Of a DNA stretch of 64,000 nt, positions 1 to 12,100 are shown piece after piece. This stretch comes from the human T2T-CHM13v2.0 reference genome, Homo sapiens, in assembly GCF_009914755.1 (NCBI RefSeq), contig NC_060947.1; one strand, written 5' to 3'. Each line of letters begins with the position of its first letter. The stretch's first letter is position 1. The notes under the pieces are model-generated. The model saw only the letters and a program-made list of their open reading frames with translations. It did no database searches and was not told where the DNA came from. Position numbers and translations under genes: made by a program.

Positions 1-200
1 GAATGCTTCTGTCTAGGTTTGATGTGAAGATATAGACGTTTCAAATGAAGGCTACAAAGTGGTCAAAATATACACTTGCAGATTCTACTACAAGGGTGTT
101 GCAAACCTGAACTATCAAAGGAAGGTTCAACTCTGTGAGTTGAATACAAACATCACAAAGAATGTTCTGAGTTTGCTTCCGTTCAGTTATGGGAAGCTGA

Positions 201-217
201 TCCCGTTTCCAACGAAA
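201..217 (-). promoter_or_regulatory. CENP-B box 1 (intact; recurs in each HOR, broken in H31)
   Basis: tcccgtttccaacgaaa is the reverse complement of TTTCGTTGGAAACGGGA, matching nTTCGnnnnAnnCGGGn. Confidence 0.95.
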
Positions 218-711
218 TCCTCAGAGAGGCCCAAATATCCCCTTGCAGATTCTACAAAACGTGTGTTTGGAAACTGCTCCATCATAACGAATGTTCAGCT
301 CCCTGAGTTAAACTCCATCGTCACAAAGAATTTTCTGAGAGTGCTACCGTCTGGTTTTTATATGAAGTTCTTTCCTTCACTACCACTGGCCTCAAAGCGG
401 TCCAAATCTCCACTTGCAGATTCTACAAAAAGAGTGTTTGCAAACTGCTCTATCAAAAGGAATGTTCAACTCTGGGAGTTGAATGCAATCATCACAGAGC
501 AGTTTCTGAGAATGCTTCTATGTCGTTTTTAGGAGAAGATATTTCCTTTTCCAACACAGTCCTCCAAGCCCGCTAAATAGCCACTTGCACATTGTAGAAA
601 AAGTGTGTCAAAGCTGCGCTATCAAAGGGAAAGTTCAACTCTGTGAGGTGAATGCAAACATCCCAAAGAAGTTTCTGAGAATGCTTCCGTTTAGCTTTTA
701 GGTGAAGATTA

Positions 712-728
712 TCCCGTTTCCAACGAAA
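712..728 (-). promoter_or_regulatory. CENP-B box 2 (intact; broken in H3)
   Basis: tcccgtttccaacgaaa, with all nine core positions present. Confidence 0.95.
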
Positions 729-1068
729 CCTTCAAAGAGGTCCAAATATCCCCTTGCGGATCCCACAGAAAGAGTGTTTCGAAACTGCTGTTTCAAAAGG
801 AATCTTCAACTCTGTGAGTTGAATGCAATCATCACAAAGAAGTTTCTGACAATGCTTCTCTCTCGTCTTTCTGTGAAGATAAAGGAAAAGGCTTTCAGAC
901 CTTTTCCACCACAGGCCTGAAAGCGCTCCAAATGTCCACTTGCAGATTCTGCGAAAAGAATATTTCAAAACTGCTCTATGAAAAGCAATGTTAAACTCTG
1001 TGGCTCGAACACAAACATCACAAAGCAGTTTCTGAGAATGCTTCAGTTTAGTTTTTCTGTGGAAATAT

Positions 1069-1085
1069 TCCCGTTTCCAAAGAAA
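1069..1085 (-). other. Degenerate CENP-B box (B-type monomer, fixed TTCG>TTCT)
   Basis: tcccgtttccaaagaaa lacks the TTCG CpG. Confidence 0.85.
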
Positions 1086-1239
1086 TCTTCAAAGAGGTCC
1101 ACGTATCCACTTACAGATTCTACAAAAAGACAGTTTCAAAACTGCTCCATCAAAAGGAGGGTTCAACTGTGTGACTTGAATGCAATCATCACTCAGAAGT
1201 TTCTGAGAATGCTTCTCTTTAGTTTTTACGTGAACATAT

Positions 1240-1256
1240 ACCCGTTTCGAACGAAG
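1240..1256 (-). promoter_or_regulatory. CENP-B box 3 (variant, core intact; no broken copy seen)
   Basis: acccgtttcgaacgaag is the reverse complement of CTTCGTTCGAAACGGGT, which retains TTCG, A10 and CGGG. Confidence 0.88.
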
Positions 1257-1406
1257 GCCACCCAGTGGTCCAAATATCCACTTGCAGATTCTACAGAAAG
1301 AGTGTTTCGAACCTGAACTCTCAAAGGCAGGTTCATCTCTGCGAGTTAAATGCATTCATCATGAAGAACTTTCTCAGAGTGTTTGTGTTTAGTTATGGGA
1401 AATTAT

Positions 1407-1423
1407 TCCCGTTTCCAACGAAA
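1407..1423 (-). promoter_or_regulatory. CENP-B box 4 (intact in H1; broken in 12 of 31 HORs)
   Basis: tcccgtttccaacgaaa, in the monomer directly adjacent to box 3 (167 bp away). Confidence 0.93.
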
Positions 1424-1919
1424 TCCTCAGAGAGCTCCAAATATCCACCTGCAGATTCTACCAAAAGTGTATTTGGAAACTGCTCCATCAAAAGGCATGT
1501 TCAGCTCTGTGAGTGAAACTCCATCATCACAAAGAATATTCTGAGAATGCTTCCGTTTGCCTTTTATATGAAGTTCCTTCCTGTACTACCGTAAGCCTCA
1601 AAGCAGTCCAAATCTCCATTTGCAGATTCTATAAAAAGAGTGATTCCAATCTGCTCTATCAATAGGATTGTTCAACTCCATGAGTTGAATGCCATCCTCA
1701 CAAAGTAGTTTCTGAGAATGCTTCTATCTGGTTTTTGTGTGAAGATATTTCCTTTTCCACCACAGTCCTCAAAGCCCTCCAAACGTCCACTTGCAGATTC
1801 TCGAAAAAGAGTGTTTCATAGCTGCTCTTTCAAAAGGAAAGTTCAACTCTGGGAGTTGAATACAAACATCACAAAGTAGTTTCCGAGAATGCTTCTGTTT
1901 AGTTTTTATGTGAAGATGA

Positions 1920-1936
1920 TCCCGTTTCCAGTGAAA
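1920..1936 (-). other. Degenerate CENP-B box (TTCG>TTCA)
   Basis: tcccgtttccagtgaaa. Confidence 0.85.
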
Positions 1937-2090
1937 TCTTCAAAGAGGTCCACATATCCCCTTGCAGATTCCAAAGAAAGAGGGTTTCAAAACTGCTCCA
2001 TCAGAAGGATTGTTCAACTCTGTGAGTTGAATGCAGTCATCGCAGAAAACTTTCTGAGAATGCTTCTGTCTAGGTTTGATGTGAAGATAT

Positions 2091-2107
2091 AGACGTTTCA
2101 AACGAAG
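2091..2107 (-). other. Degenerate CENP-B box (CGGG>CGTC)
   Basis: agacgtttcaaacgaag; pentamer paralog of box 3. Confidence 0.8.
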
Positions 2108-2940
2108 GCTACAAAGTGGTCAAAATATACACTTGCAGATTCTACTACAAGGGTGTTGCAAACCTGAACTATCAAAGGAAGGTTCAACTCTGTGAGTTGA
2201 ATACAAACATCACAAAGAATGTTCTGAGTTTGCTTCCGTTCAGTTATGGGAAGCTGATCCCGTTTCCAACGAAATCCTCAGAGAGGTCCAAATATCCCCT
2301 TGCAGATTCTACAAAACGTGTGTTTGGAAACTGCTCCATCATAACGAATGTTCAGCTCCCTGAGTTAAACTCCATCGTCACAAAGAATTTTCTGAGAGTG
2401 CTACCGTCTGGTTTTTATATGAAGTTCTTTCCTTCACTACCACTGGCCTCAAAGCGGTCCAAATCTCCACTTGCAGATTCTACAAAAAGAGTGTTTGCAA
2501 ACTGCTCTATCAAAAGGAATGTTCAACTCTGGGAGTTGAATGCAATCATCACAGAGCAGTTTCTGAGAATGCTTCTATGTCGTTTTTAGGAGAAGATATT
2601 TCCTTTTCCAACACAGTCCTCCAAGCCCGCTAAATAGCCACTTGCACATTGTAGAAAAAGTGTGTCAAAGCTGCGCTATCAAAGGGAAAGTTCAACTCTG
2701 TGAGGTGAATGCAAACATCCCAAAGAAGTTTCTGAGAATGCTTCCGTTTAGCTTTTAGGTGAAGATTATCCCGTTTCCAACGAAACCTTCAAAGAGGTCC
2801 AAATATCCCCTTGCGGATCCCACAGAAAGAGTGTTTCGAAACTGCTGTTTCAAAAGGAATCTTCAACTCTGTGAGTTGAATGCAATCATCACAAAGAAGT
2901 TTCTGACAATGCTTCTCTCTCGTCTTTCTGTGAAGATAAA

Positions 2941-2981
2941 GGAAAAGGCTTTCAGGCCTTTTCCACCACAGGCCTGAAAGC
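2941..2981. repeat. Overlapping inverted repeats in the 186 bp monomer (recurs in each HOR)
   Basis: ggaaaaggc (2941-2949) pairs with gccttttcc (2956-2964), giving a 9 bp stem with a 6 nt loop. gctttcaggcct (2948-2959) pairs with aggcctgaaagc (2970-2981), giving a 12 bp stem with a 10 nt loop. Confidence 0.92.
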
Positions 2982-4114
2982 GCTCCAAATGTCCACTTGC
3001 AGATTCTGCGAAAAGAATATTTCAAAACTGCTCTATGAAAAGCAATGTTAAACTCTGTGGCTCGAACACAAACATCACAAAGCGGTTTCTGAGAATGCTT
3101 CAGTTTAGTTTTTCTGTGGAAATATTCCCGTTTCCAAAGAAATCTTCAAAGAGGTCCACGTATCCACTTACAGATTCTACAAAAAGACAGTTTCAAAACT
3201 GCTCCATCAAAAGGAGGGTTCAACTGTGTGACTTGAATGCAATCATCACTCAGAAGTTTCTGAGAATGCTTCTCTTTAGTTTTTACGTGAACATATACCC
3301 GTTTCGAACGAAGGCCACCCAGTGGTCCAAATATCCACTTGCAGATTATACAGAAAGAGTGTTTCGAACCTGAACTCTCAAAGGCAGGTTCATCTCTGCG
3401 AGTTAAATGCATTCATCATGAAGAACTTTCTCAGAGTGTTTGTGTTTAGTTATGGGAAATTATTCCCTTTTCCAACGAAATCCTCAGAGAGCTCCAAATA
3501 TCCACCTGCAGATTCTACCAAAAGTGTATTTGGAAACTGCTCCATCAAAAGGCATGTTCAGCTCTGTGAGTGAAACTCCATCATCACAAAGAATATTCTG
3601 AGAATGCTTCCGTTTGCCTTTTATATGAAGTTCCTTCCTGTACTACCGTAGGCCTCAAAGCAGTCCAAATCTCCATTTGCAGATTCTATAAAAAGAGTGA
3701 TTCCAATCTGCTCTATCAATAGGATTGTTCAACTCCATGAGTTGAATGCCATCCTCACAAAGTAGTTTCTGAGAATGCTTCTATCTGGTTTTTGTGTGAA
3801 GATATTTCCTTTTCCACCACAGTCCTCAAAGCCCTCCAAACGTCCACTTGCAGATTCTCGAAAAAGAGTGTTTCATAGCTGCTCTTTCAAAAGGAAAGTT
3901 CAACTCTGGGAGTTGAATACAAACATCACAAAGTAGTTTCCGAGAATGCTTCTGTTTAGTTTTTATGTGAAGATGATCCCGTTTCCAGTGAAATCTTCAA
4001 AGAGGTCCACATATCCCCTTGCAGATTCCAAAGAAAGAGGGTTTCAAAACTGCTCCATCAGAAGGATTGTTCAACTCTGTGAGTTGAATGCAGTCATCGC
4101 AGAAAACTTTCTGA

Positions 4115-6169
4115 GAATGCTTCTGTCTAGGTTTGATGTGAAGATATAGACGTTTCAAACGAAGGCTACAAAGTGGTCAAAATATACACTTGCAGATTCT
4201 ACTACAAGGGTGTTGCAAACCTGAACTATCAAAGGAAGGTTCAACTCTGTGAGTTGAATACAAACATCACAAAGAATGTTCTGAGTTTGCTTCCGTTCAG
4301 TTATGGGAAGTTGATCCCGTTTCCAACGAAATCCTCAGAGAGGTCCAAATATCCCCTTGCAGATTCTACAAAACGTGTGTTTGGAAACTGCTCCATCATA
4401 ACGAATGTTCAGCTCCCTGAGTTAAACTCCATCGTCACAAAGAATTTTCTGAGAGTGCTACCGTCTGGTTTTTATATGAAGTTCTTCCCTTCACTACCAC
4501 AGGCCTCAAAGCGGTCCAAATCTCCACTTGCAGATTCTACAAAAAGAGTGTTTGCAAACTGCTCTATCAAAAGGAATGTTCAACTCTGGGAGTTGAATGC
4601 AATCATCACAGAGCAGTTTCTGAGAATGCTTCTATGTCGTTTTTAGGAGAAGATATTTCCTTTTCCAACACAGTCCTCCAAGTCCGCTAAATAGCCACTT
4701 GCACATTGTAGAAAAAGTGTGTCAAAGCTGCGCTATCGAAGGGAAAGTTCAACTCTGAGAGGTGAATGCAAACATCCCAAAGAAGTTTCTGAGAATGCTT
4801 CCGTTTAGCTTTCAGGTGAAGATTATCCAGTTTCCAACGAAACCTTCAAAGAAGTCCAAATATCCCCTTGCGGATCCCACAGAAAGAGTGTTTCGAAACT
4901 GCTGTTTCAAAAGGAATCTTCAACTCTGTGAGTTGAATGCAATCATCACAAAGAAGTTTCTGACAATGCTTCTCTCTCGTCTTTCTGTGAAGATAAATAA
5001 ATGCTTTCAGGCCTTTGCCACCACAGGCCTGAAAGCGCTCCAAATGTCCACTTGCAGATTCTGCGAAAAGAATATTTCAAAACTGCTTTGTGAAAAGCAA
5101 TGTTAAACTCTGTGGCTCGAACACAAACATCACAAAGCGGTTTCTGAGAATGCTTCAGTTTAGTTTTTCTGTGGAAATATTCCCGTTTCCAAAGAAATCT
5201 TCAAAGAGGTCCACGTATCCACTTACAGATTCTACAAAAAGACAGTTTCAAAACTGCTCCATCAAAAGGAGGGTTCAACTGTGTGACTTGAATGCAATCA
5301 TCACTCAGAAGTTTCTGAGAATGCTTCTCTTTAGTTTTTACGTGAACATATACCCGTTTCGAACGAAGGCCACCCAGTGGTCCAAATACCCACTTGCAGA
5401 TTCTACAGAAAGAGTGTTTCGAACCTGAACTCTCAAAGGCAGGTTCATCTCTGCGAGTTAAATGCATTCATCATGAAGAACTTTCTCAGAGTGTTTGTGT
5501 TTAGTTATGGGAAATTATTCCCGTTTCCAAAGAAATCCTCAGAGAGCTCCAAATATCCACCTGCAGATTCTACCAAAAGTGTATTTGGAAACTGCTCCAT
5601 CAAAAGGCATGTTCAGCTCTGTGAGTGAAACTCCATCATCACAAAGAATATTCTGAGAATGCTTCCGTTTGCCTTTTATCTGAAGTTCCTTCCTATACGA
5701 CCGTAGGCCTCAAAGCAGTCCAAATCTCCATTTGCAGATTCTACAAAAAGAGTGATTCCAATCTGCTCTATCAATAGGATTGTTCAACTCCATGAGTTGA
5801 ATGCCATCCTCACAAAGTCGTTTCTGAGAATGCTTCCATCTAGTTTTTATGTGAAGATATTTCCTTTTCCACCACAGGCCTCAAAGCCCTCCAAACGTCC
5901 ACTTGCAGATTCTCGAAAAGGAGTGTTTCATAGCTGCTCTTTCAAAAGGAAAGTTCAACTCTGGGAGTTGAATACAAACATCACAAAGTAGTTTCCGAGA
6001 ATGCTTCTGTTTAGTTTTTATGTGAAGATGATCCCGTTTCCAGTGAAATCTTCAAAGAGGTCCACATATCCCCTTGCAGATTCCAAAGAAAGAGGGTTTC
6101 AAAACTGCTCCATCAGAAGGATTGTTCAACTCTGTGAGTTGAATGCAGTCATCGCAGAAAACTTTCTGA
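4115..6169 (-). repeat. 2055 bp variant HOR (H3); the same class occurs at H5, H9, H14, H26, H28, H30
   Basis: gataaataaatgctttcaggcctttgcc replaces gataaaggaaaaggctttcaggccttttcc (net -2 bp). Linked markers are ctgagaggtg, aagaagtcc and gctttgtgaaaag. Confidence 0.93.
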
Positions 6170-9100
6170 GAATGCTTCTGTCTAGGTTTGATGTGAAGAT
6201 ATAGACGTTTCAAACGAAGGCTACAAAGTGGTCAAAATATACACTTGCAGATTCTACTACAAGGGTGTTGCAAACCTGAACTATCAAAGGAAGGTTCAAC
6301 TCTGTGAGTTGAATACAAACATCACAAAGAATGTTCTGAGTTTGCTTCCATTCAGTTATGGGAAGTTGATCCCGTTTCCAACGAAATCCTCAGAGAGGTC
6401 CAAATATCCCCTTGCAGATTCTACAAAACGTGTGTTTGGAAACTGCTCCATCATAACGAATGTTCAGCTCCCTGAGTTAAACTCCATCGTCACAAAGAAT
6501 TTTCTGAGAGTGCTACCGTCTGTTTTTTATATGAAGTTCTTTCCTTCACTACCACAGACCTCAAAGCGGTCCAAATCTCCACTTGCAGATTCTACAAAAA
6601 GAGTGTTTGCAAACTGCTCTATCAAAAGGAATGTTCAACTCTGGGAGTTGAATGCAATCATCACAGAGCAGTTTCTGAGAATGCTTCTATGTCGTTTTTA
6701 GGAGAAGATATTTCCTTTTCCAACACAGTCCTCCAAGCCCGCTAAATAGCCACTTGCACATTGTAGAAAAAGTGTGTCAAAGCTGCGCTATCAAAGGGAA
6801 AGTTCAACTCTGTGAGGTGAATGCAAACATCCCAAAGAAGTTTCTGAGAATGCTTCCGTTTAGCTTTTAGGTGAAGATTATCCCGTTTCCAACGAAAGCT
6901 TCAAAGAGGTCCAAATATCCCCTTGCGGATCCCACAGAAAGAGTGTTTCGAAACAGCTGTTTCAAAAGGAATCTTCAACTCTGTGAGTTGAATGCAATCA
7001 TCACAAAGAAGTTTCTGACAATGCTTCTCTCTCGTCTTTCTGTGAACATAAAGGAAAAGGCGTTCAGGCCTTTGCCACCACAGGCCTGAAAGCGCTCCAA
7101 ATGTCCACTTGCAGATTCTGCCAAAAGAATATTTCAAAACTGCTCTATGAAAAGCAATGTTAAACTCTGTGGCTCGAACACAAACATCACAAAGCGGTCT
7201 CTGAGAATGCTTCAGTTTAGTTTTTCTGTGGAAATATTCCCGTTTCCAAAGAAATCTTCAAAGAGGTCCACGTATCCACTTACAGATTCTACAAAAAGAC
7301 AGTTTCAAAACTGCTCCATCAAAAGGAGGGTTCAACTGTGTGACTTGAATGCAATCATCACTCAGAAGTTTCTGAGAATGCTTCTCTTTAGTTTTTACGT
7401 GAACATATACCCGTTTCGAACGAAGGCCAGCCAGTGGTCCAAATATCCACTTGCAGATTCTACAGAAAGAGTGTTTCGAACCTGAACTCTCAAAGGCAGG
7501 TTCATCTCTGCGAGTTAAATGCATTCATCATGAAGAACTTTCTCAGAGTGTTTGTGTTTAGTTATGGGAAATTATTCCCGTTTCCAACGAAATCCTCAGA
7601 GAGCTCCAAATATCCACCTGCAGATTCTACCAAAAGTGTATTTGGAAACTGCTCCATCAAAAGGCATGTTCAGCTCTGTGAGTGAAACTCCATCATCACA
7701 AAGAATATTCTGAGAATGCTTCCGTTTGCCTTTTATCTGAAGTTCCTTCCTATACGACCGTAGGCCTCAAAGCAGTCCAAATCTCCATTTGCAGATTCTA
7801 CAAAAAGAGTGATTCCAATCTGCTCTATCAATAGGATTGTTCAACTCCATGAGTTGAATGCCATCCTCACAAAGTCGTTTCTGAGAATGCTTCTATCTAG
7901 TTTTTATGTGAAGATATTTCCTTTTCCACCACAGGCCTCAAAGCCCTCCAAACGTCCACCTGCAGATTCTCGAAAAACAGTGTTTCATAGCTGCTCTTTC
8001 AAAAGGAAAGTTCAACTCTGGGAGTTGAATACAAACATCACAAAGTAGTTTCCGAGAATGCTTCTGTTTAGTTTTTATGTGAAGATGATCCCGTTTCCAG
8101 TGAAATCTTCAAAGAGGTCCACATATCCCCTTGCAGATTCCAAAGAAAGAGGGTTTCAAAACTGCTCCATCAGAAGGATTGTTCAACTCTGTGAGTTGAA
8201 TGCAGTCATCGCAGAAAACTTTCTGAGAATGCTTCTGTCTAGGTTTGATGTGAAGATATAGACGTTTCAAACGAAGGCTACAAAGTGGTCAAAATATACA
8301 CTTGCAGATTCTACTACAAGGGTGTTGCAAACCTGAACTATCAAAGGAAGGTTCAACTCTGTGAGTTGAATACAAACATCACAAAGAATGTTCTGAGTTT
8401 GCTTCCGTTCAGTTATGGGAAGCTGATCCCGTTTCCAACGAAATCCTCAGAGAGGTCCAAATATCCCCTTGCAGATTCTACAAAACGTGTGTTTGGAAAC
8501 TGCTCCATCATAACGAATGTTCAGCTCCCTGAGTTAAACTCCATCGTCACAAAGAATTTTCTGAGAGTGCTACCGTATGGTTTTTATATGAAGTTCTTTC
8601 CTTCACTACCACTGGCCTCAAAGCGGTCCAAATCTCCACTTGCAGATTCTACAAAAAGAGTGTTTGCAAACTGCTCTATCAAAAGGAATGTTCAACTCTG
8701 GGAGTTGAATGCAATCATCACAGAGCAGTTTCTGAGAATGCTTCTATGTCGTTTTTAGGAGAAGATATTTCCTTTTCCAACACAGTCCTCCAAGTCCGCT
8801 AAATAGCCACTTGCACATTGTAGAAAAAGTGTGTCAAAGCTGGGCTATCAAAGGGAAAGTTCAACTCTGAGAGGTGAATGCAAACATCCCAAAGAAGTTT
8901 CTGAGAGTGCTTCCGTTTAGCTTTTAGGTGAAGATTATCCCGTTTCCAACGAAACCTTCAAAGAAGTCCAAATATCCCCTTGCGGATCCCACAGAAAGAG
9001 TGTTTCGAAACTGCTGTTTCAAAAGGAATCTTCAACTCTGTGAGTTGAATGCAATCATCACAAAGAAGTTTCTGACAATGCTTCTCTCTCGTCTTTCTGT

Positions 9101-12100
9101 GAAGATAAATAAATGCTTTCAGGCCTTTGCCACCACAGGCCTGAAAGCGCTCCAAATGTCCACTTGCAGATTCTGCGAAAAGAATATTTCAAAACTGCTT
9201 TGTGAAAAGCAATGTTAAACTCTGTGGCTCGAACACAAACATCACAAAGCGGTTTCTGAGAATGCTTCAGTTTAGTTTTTCTGTGGAAATATTCCCGTTT
9301 CCAAAGAAATCTTCAAAGAGGTCCACGTATCCACTTACAGATTCTACAAAAAGACAGTTTCAAAACTGCTCCATCAAAAGGAGGGTTCAACTGTGTGAAT
9401 TGAATGCAATCATCACTCAGAAGTTTCTGAGAATGCTTCTCTTTAGTTTTTACGTGAACATATACCCGTTTCGAACGAAGGCCACCCAGTGGTCCAAATA
9501 TCCACTTGCAGATTATACAGAAAGAGTGTTTCGAACCTGAACTCTCAAAGGCAGGTTCATCTCTGCGAGTTAAATGCATTCATCATGAAGAACTTTCTCA
9601 GAGTGTTTGTGTTTAGTTATGGGAAATTATTCCCGTTTCCAACGAAATCCTCAGAGAGCTCCAAATATCCACCTGCAGATTCTACCAAAAGTGTATTTGG
9701 AAACTGCTCCATCAAAAGGCATGTTCAGCTCTGTGAGTGAAACTCCATCATCACAAAGAATATTCTGAGAATGCTTCCGTTTGCCTTTTATCTGAAGTTC
9801 CTTCCTATACGACCGTAGGCCTCAAAGCAGTCCAAATCTCCATTTGCAGATTCTACAAAAAGAGTGATTCCAATCTGCTCTATCAATAGGATTGTTCAAC
9901 TCCATGAGTTGAATGCCATCCTCACAAAGTCGTTTCTGAGAATGCTTCTATCTAGTTTTTATGTGAAGATATTTCCTTTTCCACCACAGGCCTCAAAGCC
10001 CTCCAAACGTCCACTTGCAGATTCTCGAAAAAGAGTGTTTCATAGCTGCTCTTTCAAAAGGAAAGTTCAACTCTGGGAGTTGAATACAAACATCACAAAG
10101 TAGTTTCCGAGAATGCTTCTGTTTAGTTTTTATGTGAAGATGATCCCGTTTCCAGTGAAATCTTCAAAGAGGTCCACATATCCCCTTGCAGATTCCAAAG
10201 AAAGAGGGTTTCAAAACTGCTCCATCAGAAGGATTGTTCAACTCTGTGAGTTGAATGCAGTCATCGCAGAAAACTTTCTGAGAATGCTTCTGTCTAGGTT
10301 TGATGTGAAGATATAGACGTTTCAAACGAAGGCTACAAAGTGGTCAAAATATACACTTGCAGATTCTACTACAAGGGTGTTGCAAACCTGAACTATCAAA
10401 GGAAGGTTCAACTCTGTGAGTTGAATACAAACATCACAAAGAATGTTCTGAGTTTGCTTCCGTTCAGTTATGGGAAGTTGATCCCGTTTCCAACGAAATC
10501 CTCAGAGAGGTCCAAATATCCCCTTGCAGATTCTACAAAACGTGTGTTTGGAAACTGCTCCATCATAACGAATGTTCAGCTCCCTGAGTTAAACTCCATC
10601 GTCACAAAGAATTTTCTGAGAGTGCTACCGTCTGGTTTTTATATGAAGTTCTTTCCTTCACTACCACAGGCCTCAAAGCGGTCCAAATCTCCACTTGCAG
10701 ATTCTACAAAAAGAGTGTTTGCAAACTGCTCTATCAAAAGGAATGTTCAACTCTGGGAGTTGAATGCAATCATCACAGAGCAGTTTCTGAGAATGCTTCT
10801 ATGTCGTTTTTAGGAGAAGATATTTCCTTTTCCAACACAGTCCTCCAAGCCCGCTAAATAGCCACTTGCACATTGTAGAAAAAGTGTGTCAAAGCTGCGC
10901 TATCAAAGGGAAAGTTCAACTCTGTGAGGTGAATGCAAACATCCCAAAGAAGTTTCAGAGAATGCTTCCGTTTAGCTTTTAGGTGAAGATTATCCCGTTT
11001 CCAACGAAACCTTCAAAGAGGTCCAAATATCCCCTTGCGGATCCCACAGAAAGAGTGTTTCGAAACTGCTGTTTCAAAAGGAATCTTCAACTCTGTGAGT
11101 TGAATGCAATCATCACAAAGAAGTTTCTGACAATGCTTCTCTCTCGTCTTTCTGTGAAGATAAAGGAAAAGGATTTCAGGCCTTTTCCACCACAGGCCTG
11201 AAAGCGCTCCAAATGTCCACTTGCAGATTCTGCGAAAAGAATATTTCAAAACTGCTCTATGAAAAGCAATGGTAAACTCTGTGGCTCGAACACAAACATC
11301 ACAAAGCGGTTTCTGAGAATGCTTCAGTTTAGTTTTTCTGTGGAAATATTCCCGTTTCCAAAGAAATCTTCAAAGAGGTCCACGTATCCACTTACAGATT
11401 CTACAAAAAGACAGTTTCAAAACTGCTCCATCAAAAGGAGGGTTCAACCGTGTGACTTGAATGCAATCATCACTCAGAAGTTTCTGAGAATGCTTCTCTT
11501 TAGTTTTTACGTGAACATATACCCGTTTCGAACGAAGGCCACCCAGTGGTCCAAATATCCACTTGCAGATTATACAGAAAGAGTGTTTCGAACCTGAACT
11601 CTCAAAGGCAGGTTCATCTCTGCGAGTTAAATGCATTCATCATGAAGAACTTTCTCAGAGTGTTTGTGTTTAGTTATGGGAAATTATTCCCGTTTCCAAC
11701 GAAATCCTCAGAGAGCTCCAAATATCCACCTGCAGATTCTACCAAAAGTGTATTTGGAAACTGCTCCATCAAAAGGCATGTTCAGCTCTGTGAGTGAAAC
11801 TCCATCATCACAAAGAATATTCTGAGAATGCTTCCGTTTGCCTTTTATATGAAGTTCCTTCCTGTACTACCGTAGGCCTCAAAGCAGTCCAAATCTCCAT
11901 TTGCAGATTCTACAAAAAGAGTGATTCCAATCTGCTCTATCAATAGGATTGTTCAACTCCATGAGTTGAATGCCATCCTCACAAAGCAGTTTCTGAGAAT
12001 GCTTCTATCTGGTTTTTGTGTGAAGATATTTCCTTTTCCACCACAGGCCTCAAAGCCCTCCAAACGTCCACTTGCAGATTCTCGAAAAAGAGTGTTTCAT

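Larger units (their letters stand above)
1..2057 (-). repeat. Representative HOR unit H1 (12 monomers)
   Basis: Box-homologous positions fall at 34, 201, 372, 543, 712, 898, 1069, 1240, 1407, 1578, 1749 and 1920. Spacings are 167,171,171,169,186,171,171,167,171,171,171,171, which sum to 2057. Confidence 0.95.
1069..2768 (-). repeat. Two diverged ancestral pentamers (B-B-B-A-A, ~851 bp period) within the 12-mer; the remaining B-A pair lies at 712-1068
   Basis: Paralogous monomers sit 851 bp apart (1069/1920, 1240/2091, 1407/2258) and share diagnostic text such as agttatgggaa...tcctcagagag, aacctgaact and the 167 bp spacing. Pentameric organisation is typical of SF3 arrays. Confidence 0.85.

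Noticed and set aside
2941-2981. Hairpin as an intrinsic terminator or structured ncRNA gene
   Set aside because: The context is eukaryotic satellite, there is no U-tract after the long stem, and no compensatory covariation is seen. It is kept only as a DNA dyad.
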